The notes below the pieces were generated by a model, which saw nothing but the letters and a program-made list of their open reading frames with translations, did no database searches and was not told where the DNA came from. From NCBI GenBank assembly GCA_025594325.1, contig JANHCV010000001.1, positions 1,550,001 to 1,614,000 of the forward strand: DNA of 64,000 nucleotides, in the 5' to 3' direction. The position numbers were made by a program, and so were the translations under genes. Shown here piece by piece: positions 46,392-57,404 of this stretch (positions within the stretch are counted from its first letter, which is position 1; each line of letters begins with the position of its first letter). The DNA comes from Blastocladiella emersonii ATCC 22665 (Eukaryota > Fungi > Blastocladiomycota).

Positions 46392-47894
46392 ATGAGTCAA
46401 TCCACGACGCAACTCGATGAAAAGCTCGCCGCGCTGTCCGTGAACGATGCCGCCGACGGCGACTCGGCCGCCTCCGGCTCGGAGTACGCCGAGGACCTCG
46501 ACGGCGCCGGTGCCGAGGCCGCTGCCGACGAGGACGAGAACGACGACCTCGACCCAGAGACACGCCTTCTGCGCCGGCTGCCCAAGCTGACGGTGCCGCA
46601 GATCAAGGCCGAGCTCGCCAAGTTCGGCCTCAGCAAGGCCGGCAACAAGGAAAAGTGCCGGTCCCGGCTGCGCGAGCACCTGCGGACGGTCCTCAATAAC
46701 CGGGCCACCGAGGCGCGCAAGGCCGCTGCCATGGCGGCGATTGCCGAGCGGATCGCGGCGGCCGAGATGGAGAAGCAGAAGCTCAAGGCGAAGCCGGAGC
46801 CCGAGCCGCCAAAGCCCGCGGCGGAGGAGCGGGGGCAGGTGATTCTCGTGATTGATGTCGAAGGTACGCGCTTCGGTTCGGATGGTGACGTCGTGAACAG
46901 ACTAACTCGCCCGTTCTCGCTGTAGCGACGTGCGTCGAGGACGGCGGGTTCGCGTACCGCAACGAGATCATCGAGTTCCCGTGCGTCGCGCTCGACGGGA
47001 AGGGCAACCAGGTCCGTCAACTTCTCTCTCAGTGACGTCGTGGCCCTTACTGACGCAACCGCCCGTGTGTAGCTCGCCGAATTCCACTCGTACGTGCGGC
47101 CGACGCTGAACCCGACGCTGTCCGAGTACTGCACGGGTCTGACGGGCGTGACGCAGGCGGACGTGGACGCGGCGCCGACATGGCCCGAGGTGCTATCCGC
47201 GTTCCAGGCGTGGCTGATCGCGCACGACCTGGTCCAGCCGCTAGCGTTCACTTCGGACGTCGAGTACGGCCAGCTCGACGCGACGGCCGCGCTCGCAGTG
47301 ACCAACGAGCGCAAGCGCGTGCTGGTGGCGACCGACGGTCCGTGGGACGTGCGCGACTTTGTGCGCAAGTCGTGCGACCTGCACACCGTGCCCGCGCCCT
47401 TCTACCTGACGCGGTTCCTGGACCTGCGCAAGTACGTGAAGCGGACGGTGGTGCCGACCGAGCAGCAGCGGCGCGCGCCGACGCGGCCGGGCGAGGCGCC
47501 GCTCCCGCCGCCCGCCACCGTGTTTGTCGGCAAGAAGCCGTACGAGGGCGGCAACCTCGAGTCACTGCTCGAGTTTTTCGGGCTGACGTTCGAGGGCCGG
47601 CCGCACTGCGGGCGCGACGACACGCGCAACATTGCGCGCGTGGTGCAGGCGCTGGTGCGGCTCGGGTACGTGCTCGGGTACAACTGGCAGCGCGTGCGCA
47701 AGTCCAACGACCCGGTCGCACAGCTCGCTACGGGCAAGGACAAGTCGGACGGCCGCCCCACGACGCGCGGGTGGGCGTGCGGCGACGAGCAGTGGGTGTG
47801 GATGGATCTCGGACCCGACGGCAAGCTCGTCGCGCCCGCGCAGAACAACAAGCCCAGGTCGGGGTCGGCCGGGTTCAAGAAGAAGTATTACTGA
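46392..47894 (+). CDS. ERI1: ERI1-like DEDDh 3'-5' exoribonuclease with a SAP domain. Three exons.
   Basis: SAP-like LTVPQIKAELAKFGLSKAGNKEKCRSRL. Nuclease motifs IDVEATC, EIIEFP, YVRP..NPTLSEYCTGLTG, TDGPWD and HCGRDD. Confidence 0.88.
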
Positions 47895-47992
47895 TGATAC
47901 ACGGGAACGGCATCGATTTACACTTTTATCATCGCTGGCGCACAGCGCGCCACGACAGCAACTGTACAGTGAGCGAGGGGGTCGAGAGTCTC

Positions 47993-48564
47993 CTACTTGG
48001 CCTCGTTGACGGTGCCGCACTTCTTGCACGTCCGCAGGGCCGCGTCGCCGGCAAAGCGCTCGATGACGGGCTTGAGCTGGGTGCCGAGGTCGACGCAGAC
48101 AAACGATTCTTCGTAGACGATCTCCTTGCACGACGAGCAGTACCAGCGGAGGCGGTCTAGTCGGTAACGAGATGAGCAACGCGTCCTCGAACGCCACCGC
48201 TTACCGAAGCAGACGACGTACCGAGCGCGCCCGCCGGCCGCTGGCGCTCAATCACGATGCCGATAGTGTCGGCGAAGCGGACCGGGTTGTGCGGGACGCC
48301 GCCGGGCAGGAGGTACATCTCGCCCTCGCGGATGGGAATGTCGCGGAACTCGCCCTGGTCGACGACCTTGAGCAGCATGTCGCCCTTGTACTGGTAGAAC
48401 CACTCCTCGGTCTCGTTGACGTGGTAGTCGGTGCGCTTGTTGGGCCCGCCCACGGCCATGACGACAAAGTCGCCGCGGAAGATGCAGTAGTTGTTGACGG
48501 GCGGCTGCAGCAGGTGGCCGTTCTCGTCGAGCCACTTCTTGAAGTCGAGGGGCATGGGCAGCAT
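47993..48564 (-). CDS. BNA1: 3-hydroxyanthranilate 3,4-dioxygenase (kynurenine NAD pathway). Two exons.
   Basis: [49 protein letters not shown]...CKKC (rubredoxin-like site). Confidence 0.96.
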
Positions 48565-48756
48565 GGTGTCGATTCGTTGCAGTGTACGGTGGTGGATGAC
48601 GGGAAGAGGAAGGACCGACAACGGCGTGCTCGTTGGGGAGGGAGGAGCGGTCGGCAGCCCGCGTGGTCGCGCCAGCACATCGCGCTTCCGCATCCCATCC
48701 GAGGCCCACGGCGCCGACCCCGCGCAACACAACGCAACGCAACGCCATCAACACCC

Positions 48757-49291
48757 ATGTCATCGAGCAGCACCAGCACCTACCGGCCACCGGGGACCGC
48801 GCAGGGGGACCGCCCGGGCTCAGCCCCGTCGTCGTCCTCCTCAAGCGCCGCCTTCTCGATCGGCGCGTCGGCGTCGGACCTGGCGCGCATGTGTCCGCCG
48901 ACGACACTGGCGGAGCGCGAGTCGTACACGGTGTGCGTGGCGCGGCAGACGTGCGCGGCCATCGCCACGTCGCCCGACGAGCAGCTGCTGATGCTGGCGG
49001 CCGCGCGCGGGCCCGTCCCGCCCGAGCTGTGCGCCGGGCCGAACGCTGGGCGGCAGGTGCGTTTAGGGGGGTCTCGGGTCGACGTGAGGAGGGTGTCTCA
49101 CAGTACTGGGAGTGTAGTCGCTGACGGCGATCCGGCTCGCGGCGATGCGCAAGATGAGCGGGATCCCCGTGCAGCCGCCGGGCCCGGGGCTCGCGCTCGG
49201 CGCGTCCTCGGCCATCTCGCTCCCGCACGCGCGCTCGAGCTTGGGAGGCGGCTCGGCCTCGGGCTCGGGGCGCAGCGGGCAGTTCAACTGA
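48757..49291 (+). CDS. Hypothetical 157-aa protein. Two exons (48757-49056, 49118-49291).
   Basis: cccATG start. The GTGCGT...TAG intron keeps the frame. The gene fits exactly between BNA1 and TPC1. Confidence 0.55.
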
Positions 49292-49329
49292 TGATGCTGG
49301 GCAAGTGTGTATACAGATATCTATTTATT
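49292..49329 (-). terminator. Poly(A)-signal-like AATAAA directly after the TPC1 stop, in a 38-bp convergent gap
   Basis: The minus strand reads TGA-AATAAA (49332-49324). Confidence 0.4.
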
Positions 49330-50607
49330 TCACTCCTTGCTGACGTCGAGTGCGAGCTGCGCGGCGTTGTACCGCTCGAACCACCGCTTGGTCGTCTCGT
49401 ACGCCCAGAAGGTGACGGCGGAGCTGGGCCCGGCCTTGAGGAGTCCCGGGACGATGCCGCGGTACAGGGCGAGCGCACCTTCCTGGCGCACAATCGAGGA
49501 CCCGACGCGCCACCACGACCGGTGCAGGTACCGCGGGGTCGCGAGCACGTAGTGGGCGCGCGTCGGGCCCTGCACCTGCACGCGCTTGCGGATCGTGTCG
49601 AACGGGTAGACGCCGGCCTTGGACACGACGCCCGCGAGCCCGCCGCACAGGAAGCTCTGCCACGCGTCGGGCAGCGCCGCCGCCCTGTCGTACGCGCGCC
49701 GCAGCGCCTCGTACGTGCCGAACGTCAGCGCCATGTACGGCAGGATCTGCGCGATGCTGGGCCCGACGCCCTGGTAGAACCCCGCGAGGCCCTCGGCGGT
49801 GTAGATGGTGCGCATCGCCGTCGCTACCGACTGGTACACGCGCGCGTCGCCCGAGCCCTGCATCGCGAACCGCGTGCGCATCAGGTCAAACGGGTACGAC
49901 ACGATCGTCGCCGTCGTGCCGGCGATCCCGCCTGCGACGAATTTTTGGGCCGGCTCGTCGAGCACCGTCTGGCGCGACAGCAGGCGGCATGCGGTCGCGT
50001 ACGACCAGAACTGGACCGCGCCGTACGTCAGGTACAGCAGCTCGGCGGGGATGTTGCCCTTCCAGAACGCCCACACGCCCTCCTCGACCGCGATCCGCCG
50101 GCATGCGTCCAGCACACCAGCGTACTTGAGGTGCCCGCCGCGGTGTGATTGGAGCTAGTGTCGCGGGTGGTAAGTGTGAGGCAAGGATGCGAGGGCGGGG
50201 GCGATGAAGTGTGCGCACCTGGAGCCGGATCTTGACGACGTCGAGCGGCGAGATGACCAGTCTATCAAGGACTCTCGCATCAGCAGGTGCGAGAGTGCGG
50301 GAGGGATCACGGCACAGACGTACCGTGCGATCATACCAGCGGTCGCTCCGCAGACGCCGCTCTGCACGGCAGTCAGGGCGGCCGGGTTGGGCTGCTTCGT
50401 CTTCTTCTTCGCGGGTACAGCAGCATGTGCGGGTGCTGCCGCCGCAGCTACGGGTCACGGTGCTGGATCGGTTGGCGACGGATTCGGGGCGGCATCAACA
50501 AACGTGGACTCACCATGGGCGGTCACTGCAACAGCTGCTGCCGCGGCAGGGATCGCGAGTGCGGCGGCGACGGCGGGCGGGGACGCGGCAGAGGCCGAGT
50601 TTTCCAT
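49330..50607 (-). CDS. TPC1: Mitochondrial carrier, thiamine pyrophosphate transporter-like. Four exons.
   Basis: Three PxDxxKxR carrier signatures (PLDVVKIRLQ, PFDLMRTRF, PFDTIRKR). FWKGNIPAELLYLTYGAVQF is characteristic of Tpc1/SLC25A19. Confidence 0.88.
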
Positions 50608-50892
50608 GAGCTTCGTAAGGTCGATTGATCGAGGGCAAGGGAGAGGGAGCGTTGCAGGGCGAACTGGCGCGAGACAAAAGACGCCGCCGCAACCCGCCCC
50701 GATCGGGGAAAACTCGGCGAATCTGCGGCTGAACGCGGTCACGTGCGCGGGTGCTGCGCGCCACTCGGCGTTCCGCGGGTGGTCGCTCGCACGCGTTCCC
50801 TGCGCGGATCCCCTCCCCTCCCGCCCCGCTGGACCGCCGCGAATTATCAACCCAGAAACACGCAACTCGCCGCAACCGACGCATCGACACCC

Positions 50893-53263
50893 ATGGACGA
50901 CTTTGAGAACATTGACACGTCGCTGCTGTGGGGCGCCGACGACGCGCCCGGCGCCGGCGGCAGCAACCCGCACTCCCGGCTCGCCACCGCCGACCAGATG
51001 ATGGATATCACCGACATGATCGACAGCCAGACCCTCTCGCCCCTGCGCCACCCGCTGCCCGCCTCGGGCGCCGTCAGCCCGGCACCCGTACGTCTCGCCG
51101 TTTGTTTCGGACACTTCTCCTCGACTGCGCGCGCGCCCTCCTCTCTCAAGCACGGTTCCTGATTTCTCGCAACGCTGCCCTCTTCTCCTCCCCGTCTTTC
51201 CTTCCCGAACCCTCCCTCCCCCCAGGGCCGCGCTGAGTCCCCCGACTACGTCATCGACGACTTTCTTACCGTCGCACCCGACATTCCGGACCTCCAGGCC
51301 GCGCTCTCGACCCAGGACTCGGCCTTTGCCGCCCACCCGTCGACCGCCGGCGCGCAGACCGGCTACTACCACCACCAGCAGCAGCAGCAGCAGTCGCACC
51401 ATCACCACCACCACCATGCCGACGACGATGACGATTTCAGCGACGACGACGAGGACGAGATGGCCGCCCACTACGCGCGACACGTCGCTCCTACTACCAC
51501 TACGACGCGCGGCGTCGCCAGCTCCGACCCAACCCCCGAATCGATTGCTACCGCCAGCTCGACGCTCCCTCCATCGCTCATCCCGCCCGTCCTCGAAGTC
51601 CGCCCCATCTCCGCGCCGCAGCCGGGACCCGGCCCATCACCCGTCATCGTGTCCCCAACGCTCCCCTTTGGCAACTCGGTCGGCGGCGGCGGCGGCGGCG
51701 GCGGCACCGCGGACCCGCGTGCCTTCACGTCGTTCCCGCAGATCGTGCCGCGGCGGTCGCCCTACGACATTGCCGTGACGGGCGGGTCCAAGCAGGGCGA
51801 GGGCATCAAGGAGGCGTACGTCGCCTACACCATCGTGACCACCGACGTCGCCCGCAACAAGTCGTCGACCGTGTACCGCCGCTTCACCGACTTTGACTGG
51901 CTGCACGCCGCCCTCGTCGCCGCGTACCCGGCCGTCATCGTGTGCCCGCTCCCCTCCAAGCACCGCAAGGAGTACCTGACGGGCGACCGGTTCAGCGCCG
52001 AGTTCATCGACCGCCGCAGACACTCGCTCCAGCGCTTCCTCAACCGCATCGCGCGCCACCCCGTCCTCCAGGCTAGCACCGACCTCTACCACTTTCTCAC
52101 CGCGCACGACTGGGTACGCTTGTGGACCTCTCGAGTGGTGCGAGGAGGGATTCTGACTTGTCCGCGCGCGCGAGTAGAATCTCGAGGAACTCAAGTCGGC
52201 GTCCAAGCTCACCACGCACCAGCGTAGTCTCACAGGCGGCAGCGCTACGGGCAGCCCCGACGCGAGCGGCAACGGCCTCGCCGTCGGCGCCGCGGCCGCG
52301 GCCCCGTCGCACGACGGCATCATGGACAACCTGTCGGGCGCGCTGACGTCGGCGTTCGCCAAACTCAAGCGGCCCGACCCGCGGTTCGTCGCCATCAAGG
52401 ACGGCGTGCAGCGCCTCGAGGAGCAGCTGACGGCGCTGAGCAAGGTGCACAAGCGCGCGGTGCAGCACCAGGTCGAGCTCGAGTCGGACCTGCACGAGCT
52501 GGGCCGCGGGTGGGCCGCGCTCGCCAACCTCGAGCCCGACATGGCGCCCACGCTCACCGCCGTCGCCGAGCTCCTCTACGAGCTCGCGCGCGCGCGCGGC
52601 GACGCGACCCGGTGCGACGACGTCGGCGTCGGCACCCACATCCGCGACGCCCTCGCCATGTGTGCCGCCGTCCGCGCCTCGCTCAAGACCCGCGACGCCA
52701 AGCAGCAGTCGCTCGAGTCGCTCGCCGACACCCTCGCCGCGTACGAGAACGAGCTCGCGCGGCTCCGCGGCGAGGTCCCGCCGCACGCCGAGCACGCTGA
52801 CGCGTCCGGGCTCGCGCCCGCTGACCGCGGTGGCGCGCCGGGAGCGGGATCGGGCGGCGGCGGCGTCGCGGGCGTCGTCGGCCACTTTATCAAGGAAAAG
52901 TACGACGAGATCAAGGGCGTCGACCACGACCGCGCCCGCGCCGAGCGCGCCGCCAAGCTCGACGGCCGTGTGCGCGACCTGACCGCGCAGGTCGAGGCGG
53001 CGCGCGCCGCGCACGATACCTTCTCGAGCGAGATCGCCAAGGAGATCGACTACGCGACGGCGGCGCGCGCGGCCGATTTCCGCGATATGCTCACGGAGCT
53101 CGCGGACGGGCAGGTCACGTACTTTGAATCGGTGCGTTCTCTTCTCATTTGCTCGCTGCTGCTCTTGCGCTCGCTGACGCGACCGTGTGTGTAGAGTCTC
53201 GGGTACTGGGAGTCCATGGCCGCGGCGTTGGAGACCATGCCGCTGCAGGACCCGTACCCGTGA
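50893..53263 (+). CDS. SNX4: Sorting nexin 4 (Atg24), PX-BAR protein. Four exons.
   Basis: PX domain YVAYTI...RRFTDFDWLH...PLPSKHRKEYLTGDRFSAEFIDRRR..LQRFLNRIARHPVL, followed by a BAR coiled coil (FAKLKRPDPRF). Confidence 0.9.
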
Positions 53264-53472
53264 GGGTCGGGCGGGTCGGAACCGTGCGTGTGTGTAAATA
53301 CGATCTTCATGTCGATGTGTAGCTTCTCTCTCAGTGGTGGAGACTTCAGGTCGGTGAGGAGAGCTGCTCGGTGAGCTGCCCAGTGAGGAGACGGGCCAGA
53401 GTCAGGGAGAGAGAGTCAAGAGGGCACAGCGATCTATTCATGTCCGAAGACGACGACACGAGAGGGAATCCA

Positions 53473-54888
53473 TTACCACCAGTAGTGGGTACTGACCATG
53501 AGGTTGGGCGTCGCGGCCTTGCCCTGGGCGTTGCGGTTGTAGGCGCCGAGCCCCTTGACGACGTTGGGCGTGGCCCAGCGGACGAGCGCGTTCTTGAGGT
53601 CGGCGGGCGAGTTGCCGTTGTAGACGGGGATCGACAGGTAGATGGCGGCGGTGCCCGAGACGAGCGGCGCGGCCATGGAGGTACCGCTGAGCACGTTGTA
53701 CTTGCCGCCGGGCGCCAGCGACTTGATGTCCTGGCCCGGCGCGAACATGGTCACGCAAGGCCCGTAGTTGGACGTCTCGCGGATCGAGTCGTCGCGGTTC
53801 GACGAGGCCACGGTGATGACCGAGGGCACCCGACCGGGCGAGTAGTCGCACGCGTTCTGCGATTCGTTCCCCGCGGCTGCCACAATGTTGCACCCGTAGT
53901 CGGCGACAAGGGAAGCCACCGCTGCATCTACACTGGGACTTTGGCCGCCGCCAAGGCTCATGTTGATCACATGATGGCGATGGCCGAGGCGCTTGCAGTG
54001 CGGGGCGACAAACTCGAGCGCGCGCAGAAGCCCTTCTTGCGTCCCGTAGCCCTCCGCGTCCAAAATCTTCACAGCCACAACACGAGCCTGCTTCGCTGCT
54101 CCGACACCGGAACCGGCAATTGTGCCCGCAACGTGAGTTCCGTGGCCGTGGTCGTCGTTCCAGGTCCAGTCGGGCTCGGCCTTGAAGCCGCGGAAGGCGC
54201 GGCCCTTGAGCTACGAGTCACGTCCAAAGTGTGAGTCACGAACACGGCTGCGCCACAGCTGGCGATCACTTTCGGGCGACCGCCGCGACCATTTTCGCCA
54301 CCCCCAACGCCAAAAACCGTCACAGCGACCACGAGAGAAAGAGAAAACACATACTTCCGGGTGGGTTACGTCGATACCAGTGTCCACGACGAATACGTCG
54401 ACGCCGCGGCCCTGGGCCTTGTCGTCGTAGTTGTAGGCGGCACCGAGGTTGACCTGCTGGCGCTGGTCGGCGCGGACGAGGTTCCAGGGCGCGCCGGGCT
54501 GCGAGCCGTAGGCCCAGATGGGCTTGTCCTCCTCGACGGTGGCGACCTCGGGGTTCTTCTTGAGCTGGTCGACCATGCGGGCCGAGAAGGTGCCCGTGAT
54601 GAACTTGGCGTTGCCGAGCGTCACGTCGTGGCGCACCTCGTCCTTGACGCGCGGCGCGGCGCCCTCCTCCATGGCGCGGAACCGGTTGATGTCCTCGGCC
54701 ATGACGGCAATGCGCTGCTTGGCCGTCGGCACCGACGACGCCGACTTGAGCCGCACAATGTACTTTTTCGGGCGCAGCGCGGCGCCGGCCGCCGACGGGG
54801 TGCCGCCCGCGGGCGCGGGGGCCGGGGCGGCGTTGGCGCACTGGGCCAGGAGGAACGCGGCGACGAGGAGCAGCGGGAGGCGGGCCAT
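53473..54888 (-). CDS. Secreted subtilisin-like serine protease (S8, proteinase K-like) with an I9 propeptide. Intron 54354-54211.
   Basis: Signal peptide and YIVRLK propeptide. Catalytic triad motifs VVDTG, HGHGTHVAG and SGTSMAAP; oxyanion motif AAGN. Confidence 0.95.
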
Positions 54889-56022
54889 GGTGGATGTGGG
54901 TGGACGAGTGCGCGTGTCTCCTTCGTCGTCTAAGTCTAGGTCGGATCGGATCGTCTACACTCCAGCGCGATCGCTGGCGGCCGCGGGGGACGCCGTTACT
55001 TGTACTCGCGGGCGGATCGTCGTCGGCAGGGCCGGTCGGCGGCCGGGCGAGCGGTGGCGCACTGCTGCGGAGTGGCGCCGAGGCACGAGAGCTCGGTCCC
55101 CACGGCCACGGTCGCGGCGGCCAAGAGATTCATGCAGATCCGGCAGAAGGGCGGAGGCGCAGAGGACGGGACACGCGCGGCGACGCGTCGTGACGCAGGA
55201 ACGATGCATAACCGGCGAACATGATTGGACGCCGCATGCTGCGGTTCGCGGGGCGTGAACTCTCGCTAGGGCCCGCGGGCCGGCCGGGCGGGAGCAGCAG
55301 CACGTTGCCCGCGGCCGGCCGGCCGCCGTCACGTTCGCTCTCTCTCTCAGGGCTGCTGCTGCTGCATCAAGTCTCGCGCGGAACGTTGTTCATTCGCTGC
55401 ATGGCGTCGTCGTTAGTGATGGCAGAGGACGGCGAGGACGGCGGGGTTCTTGGCGCTGCAAGGCGAACGTGATCGGAGCGCCGCCGGCAAGGTGGCCGCC
55501 GCCGTGGACCATGAGCGCGTGCGTGAGCGATCGCCGCCCACACGCTCGCGCGGATTCTCACCGCGACCGCGCAGACGGTGGCAAAGGACAGGAGGGAGGC
55601 GGGACGGGACCCTCGTGGGGCCGCCGTTGCTCGCTGGCCGCGGCCAGGTCAGGTCGTTCATGAAGTGCGGCACGCGCGCGTGATGCAAGGTGATGTCGCC
55701 CCGCTTCCGTGCTCAGGGACCAATCCGCTCGCCGTCGCGGCCGCCGAGGACACGGGTGGAGAGCGCACTACGCTCGACGGTGCGAGGGCTCGAGCCGAAG
55801 GCGAGGCGCACGCAGGCTTCCGCGAGGGCCACGCCACGCACGCCGCCGCCCGCCGCTCTCCTCTCGCTCTCTCCTCCCGCTCTCCGCCGAGCTGTGCTTG
55901 TTGTTCTCTCCTTCTTGTTGCCACCATCCCCCACGGGCCGTTGAGCCCCACACGCATCTCCTCGCACTACACTTGCTGCAACGAACGCAGCGCACCGCAA
56001 CGCAGCGCACTCGCCAACCGCC

Positions 56023-57213
56023 ATGACCGCCGCACTCGCCGCCAACGTGGCGTCCGAGGCGGCGCTGCCGACGAGCCCAACATCCCCCACCCACCACCAC
56101 CGCCGCACCGGGTCGACGGCGAGCGTGCCGCTGTCGCCGTCGCCGCGCCCGCCGCCGCTCCCGACCGCCGCCTCGCACGGCGGGCGCCCGGTGCACCACC
56201 CGTCGCTCGAGCGGCACGCGTCGCAGACGACGGTCGGGTCGAGCTCGCAGCAGCCCGTGCTCCCGCTGACGCCCCCCTTTGCGCGGGCCGCGTGGACGCT
56301 GCGGCTGCTGCTGCTGTCCATGGCGGCGATCCTGGTCCTCGAGCTGTGGACGCTGACGATCCTGGGCCTGCGCCAGCGCACGCCCAACAAGTCGCCGTTC
56401 GGCATCGCCGCCGTGATCGCCACGGCCGTCGCCGCCGCCGCCCACCTCTACGGCGCCGCCGTGCGCGTGCGCCCGCGCCTCGTCGTGACCCCCGGCAGCT
56501 CCGCCGGCGGGTTCTGGCCGCTCGTCATCGTCCTGTGCACCACCATGGTCAGCAGCATGGCCGTCGCCCTGCAGGCGTGGCTGCTCGACCGCCAGGGCGT
56601 CCCGCTCGTCTTCGTCCTCGTCCCGCTCGTCCACATCCCCGCCGTCATTCTCGCCGTGCGCGGGTTCACGGCGCTCAAGACGGTCGAGATGCGCGTCAAC
56701 CGCCGCCCCGCCACCGCCTCGGCTAACGCCAGCTCCACGGCGCTGCACGCCGGCATGTCGCTCGCCCCGCCCGCGTCGTCGTCCACGGTCGTCGCCATCG
56801 AGATCGTCTCCGAGAAATCGGTCGGCGTCGCGTCCATGGCCACCTCGACCAACTCGGGCTCGGCCGTCGCCCCCGCCGCCATCGCCATCGCCAAGTCGGT
56901 CGCCTCGCACCCGCCGCCGCCTCCACTACCCGCTGCTACCTCTGCTACCATCTCGCCCTCTGCTGCCCCCATCGCCGCTGCCGCCGTCGAGGGAGGCACT
57001 GCTCTCTCCCTTGCGAGCGCCACGGCCCTGCCCAACTCGCCGCTCTCGGCCCACGGCGCGCTCGATGACGATCTCGACGATCTCGATGCAGCCGACGCCG
57101 ATGCCGTGGCCCGCGGCGAGCGCGTCGCCCTGCAGTCGGTCGTCGTCGTAGGCGGGGGGACGCCCGCGGCCGATGGCCCGCCGCCGGCTCCACCCGCTGC
57201 TTCCTCGTCCTGA
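56023..57213 (+). CDS. Hypothetical membrane protein with about four TM segments and disordered termini
   Basis: 396-aa ORF with coding-type codon use and four hydrophobic stretches between residues ~90 and ~220. Confidence 0.65.
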   Translation: MTAALAANVASEAALPTSPTSPTHHHRRTGSTASVPLSPSPRPPPLPTAASHGGRPVHHPSLERHASQTTVGSSSQQPVLPLTPPFARAAWTLRLLLLSMAAILVLELWTLTILGLRQRTPNKSPFGIAAVIATAVAAAAHLYGAAVRVRPRLVVTPGSSAGGFWPLVIVLCTTMVSSMAVALQAWLLDRQGVPLVFVLVPLVHIPAVILAVRGFTALKTVEMRVNRRPATASANASSTALHAGMSLAPPASSSTVVAIEIVSEKSVGVASMATSTNSGSAVAPAAIAIAKSVASHPPPPPLPAATSATISPSAAPIAAAAVEGGTALSLASATALPNSPLSAHGALDDDLDDLDAADADAVARGERVALQSVVVVGGGTPAADGPPPAPPAASSS

Positions 57214-57404
57214 TGTTTCCGCTTCCCTCACTCTTTTTGCACACCCACACCACACCACACCACACACCGAGAATTCATGTACATACACGCGTTACGGGGG
57301 GACGGGTCTCGACCTTTCGCTCGGTACCCTGCACCTAGACCCATCAGCCGCTCCATCACTATCCCACGAGTCCACGAGGTCAGGGAATGATATTTATAGT
57401 TACA

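Noticed and set aside
21221-47894. RNA-metabolism cluster (DusA-like, ELP1, TFG1, ERI1)
   Set aside because: The genes act in unrelated pathways and are interspersed with others. Such co-occurrence is expected by chance in a gene-dense genome.
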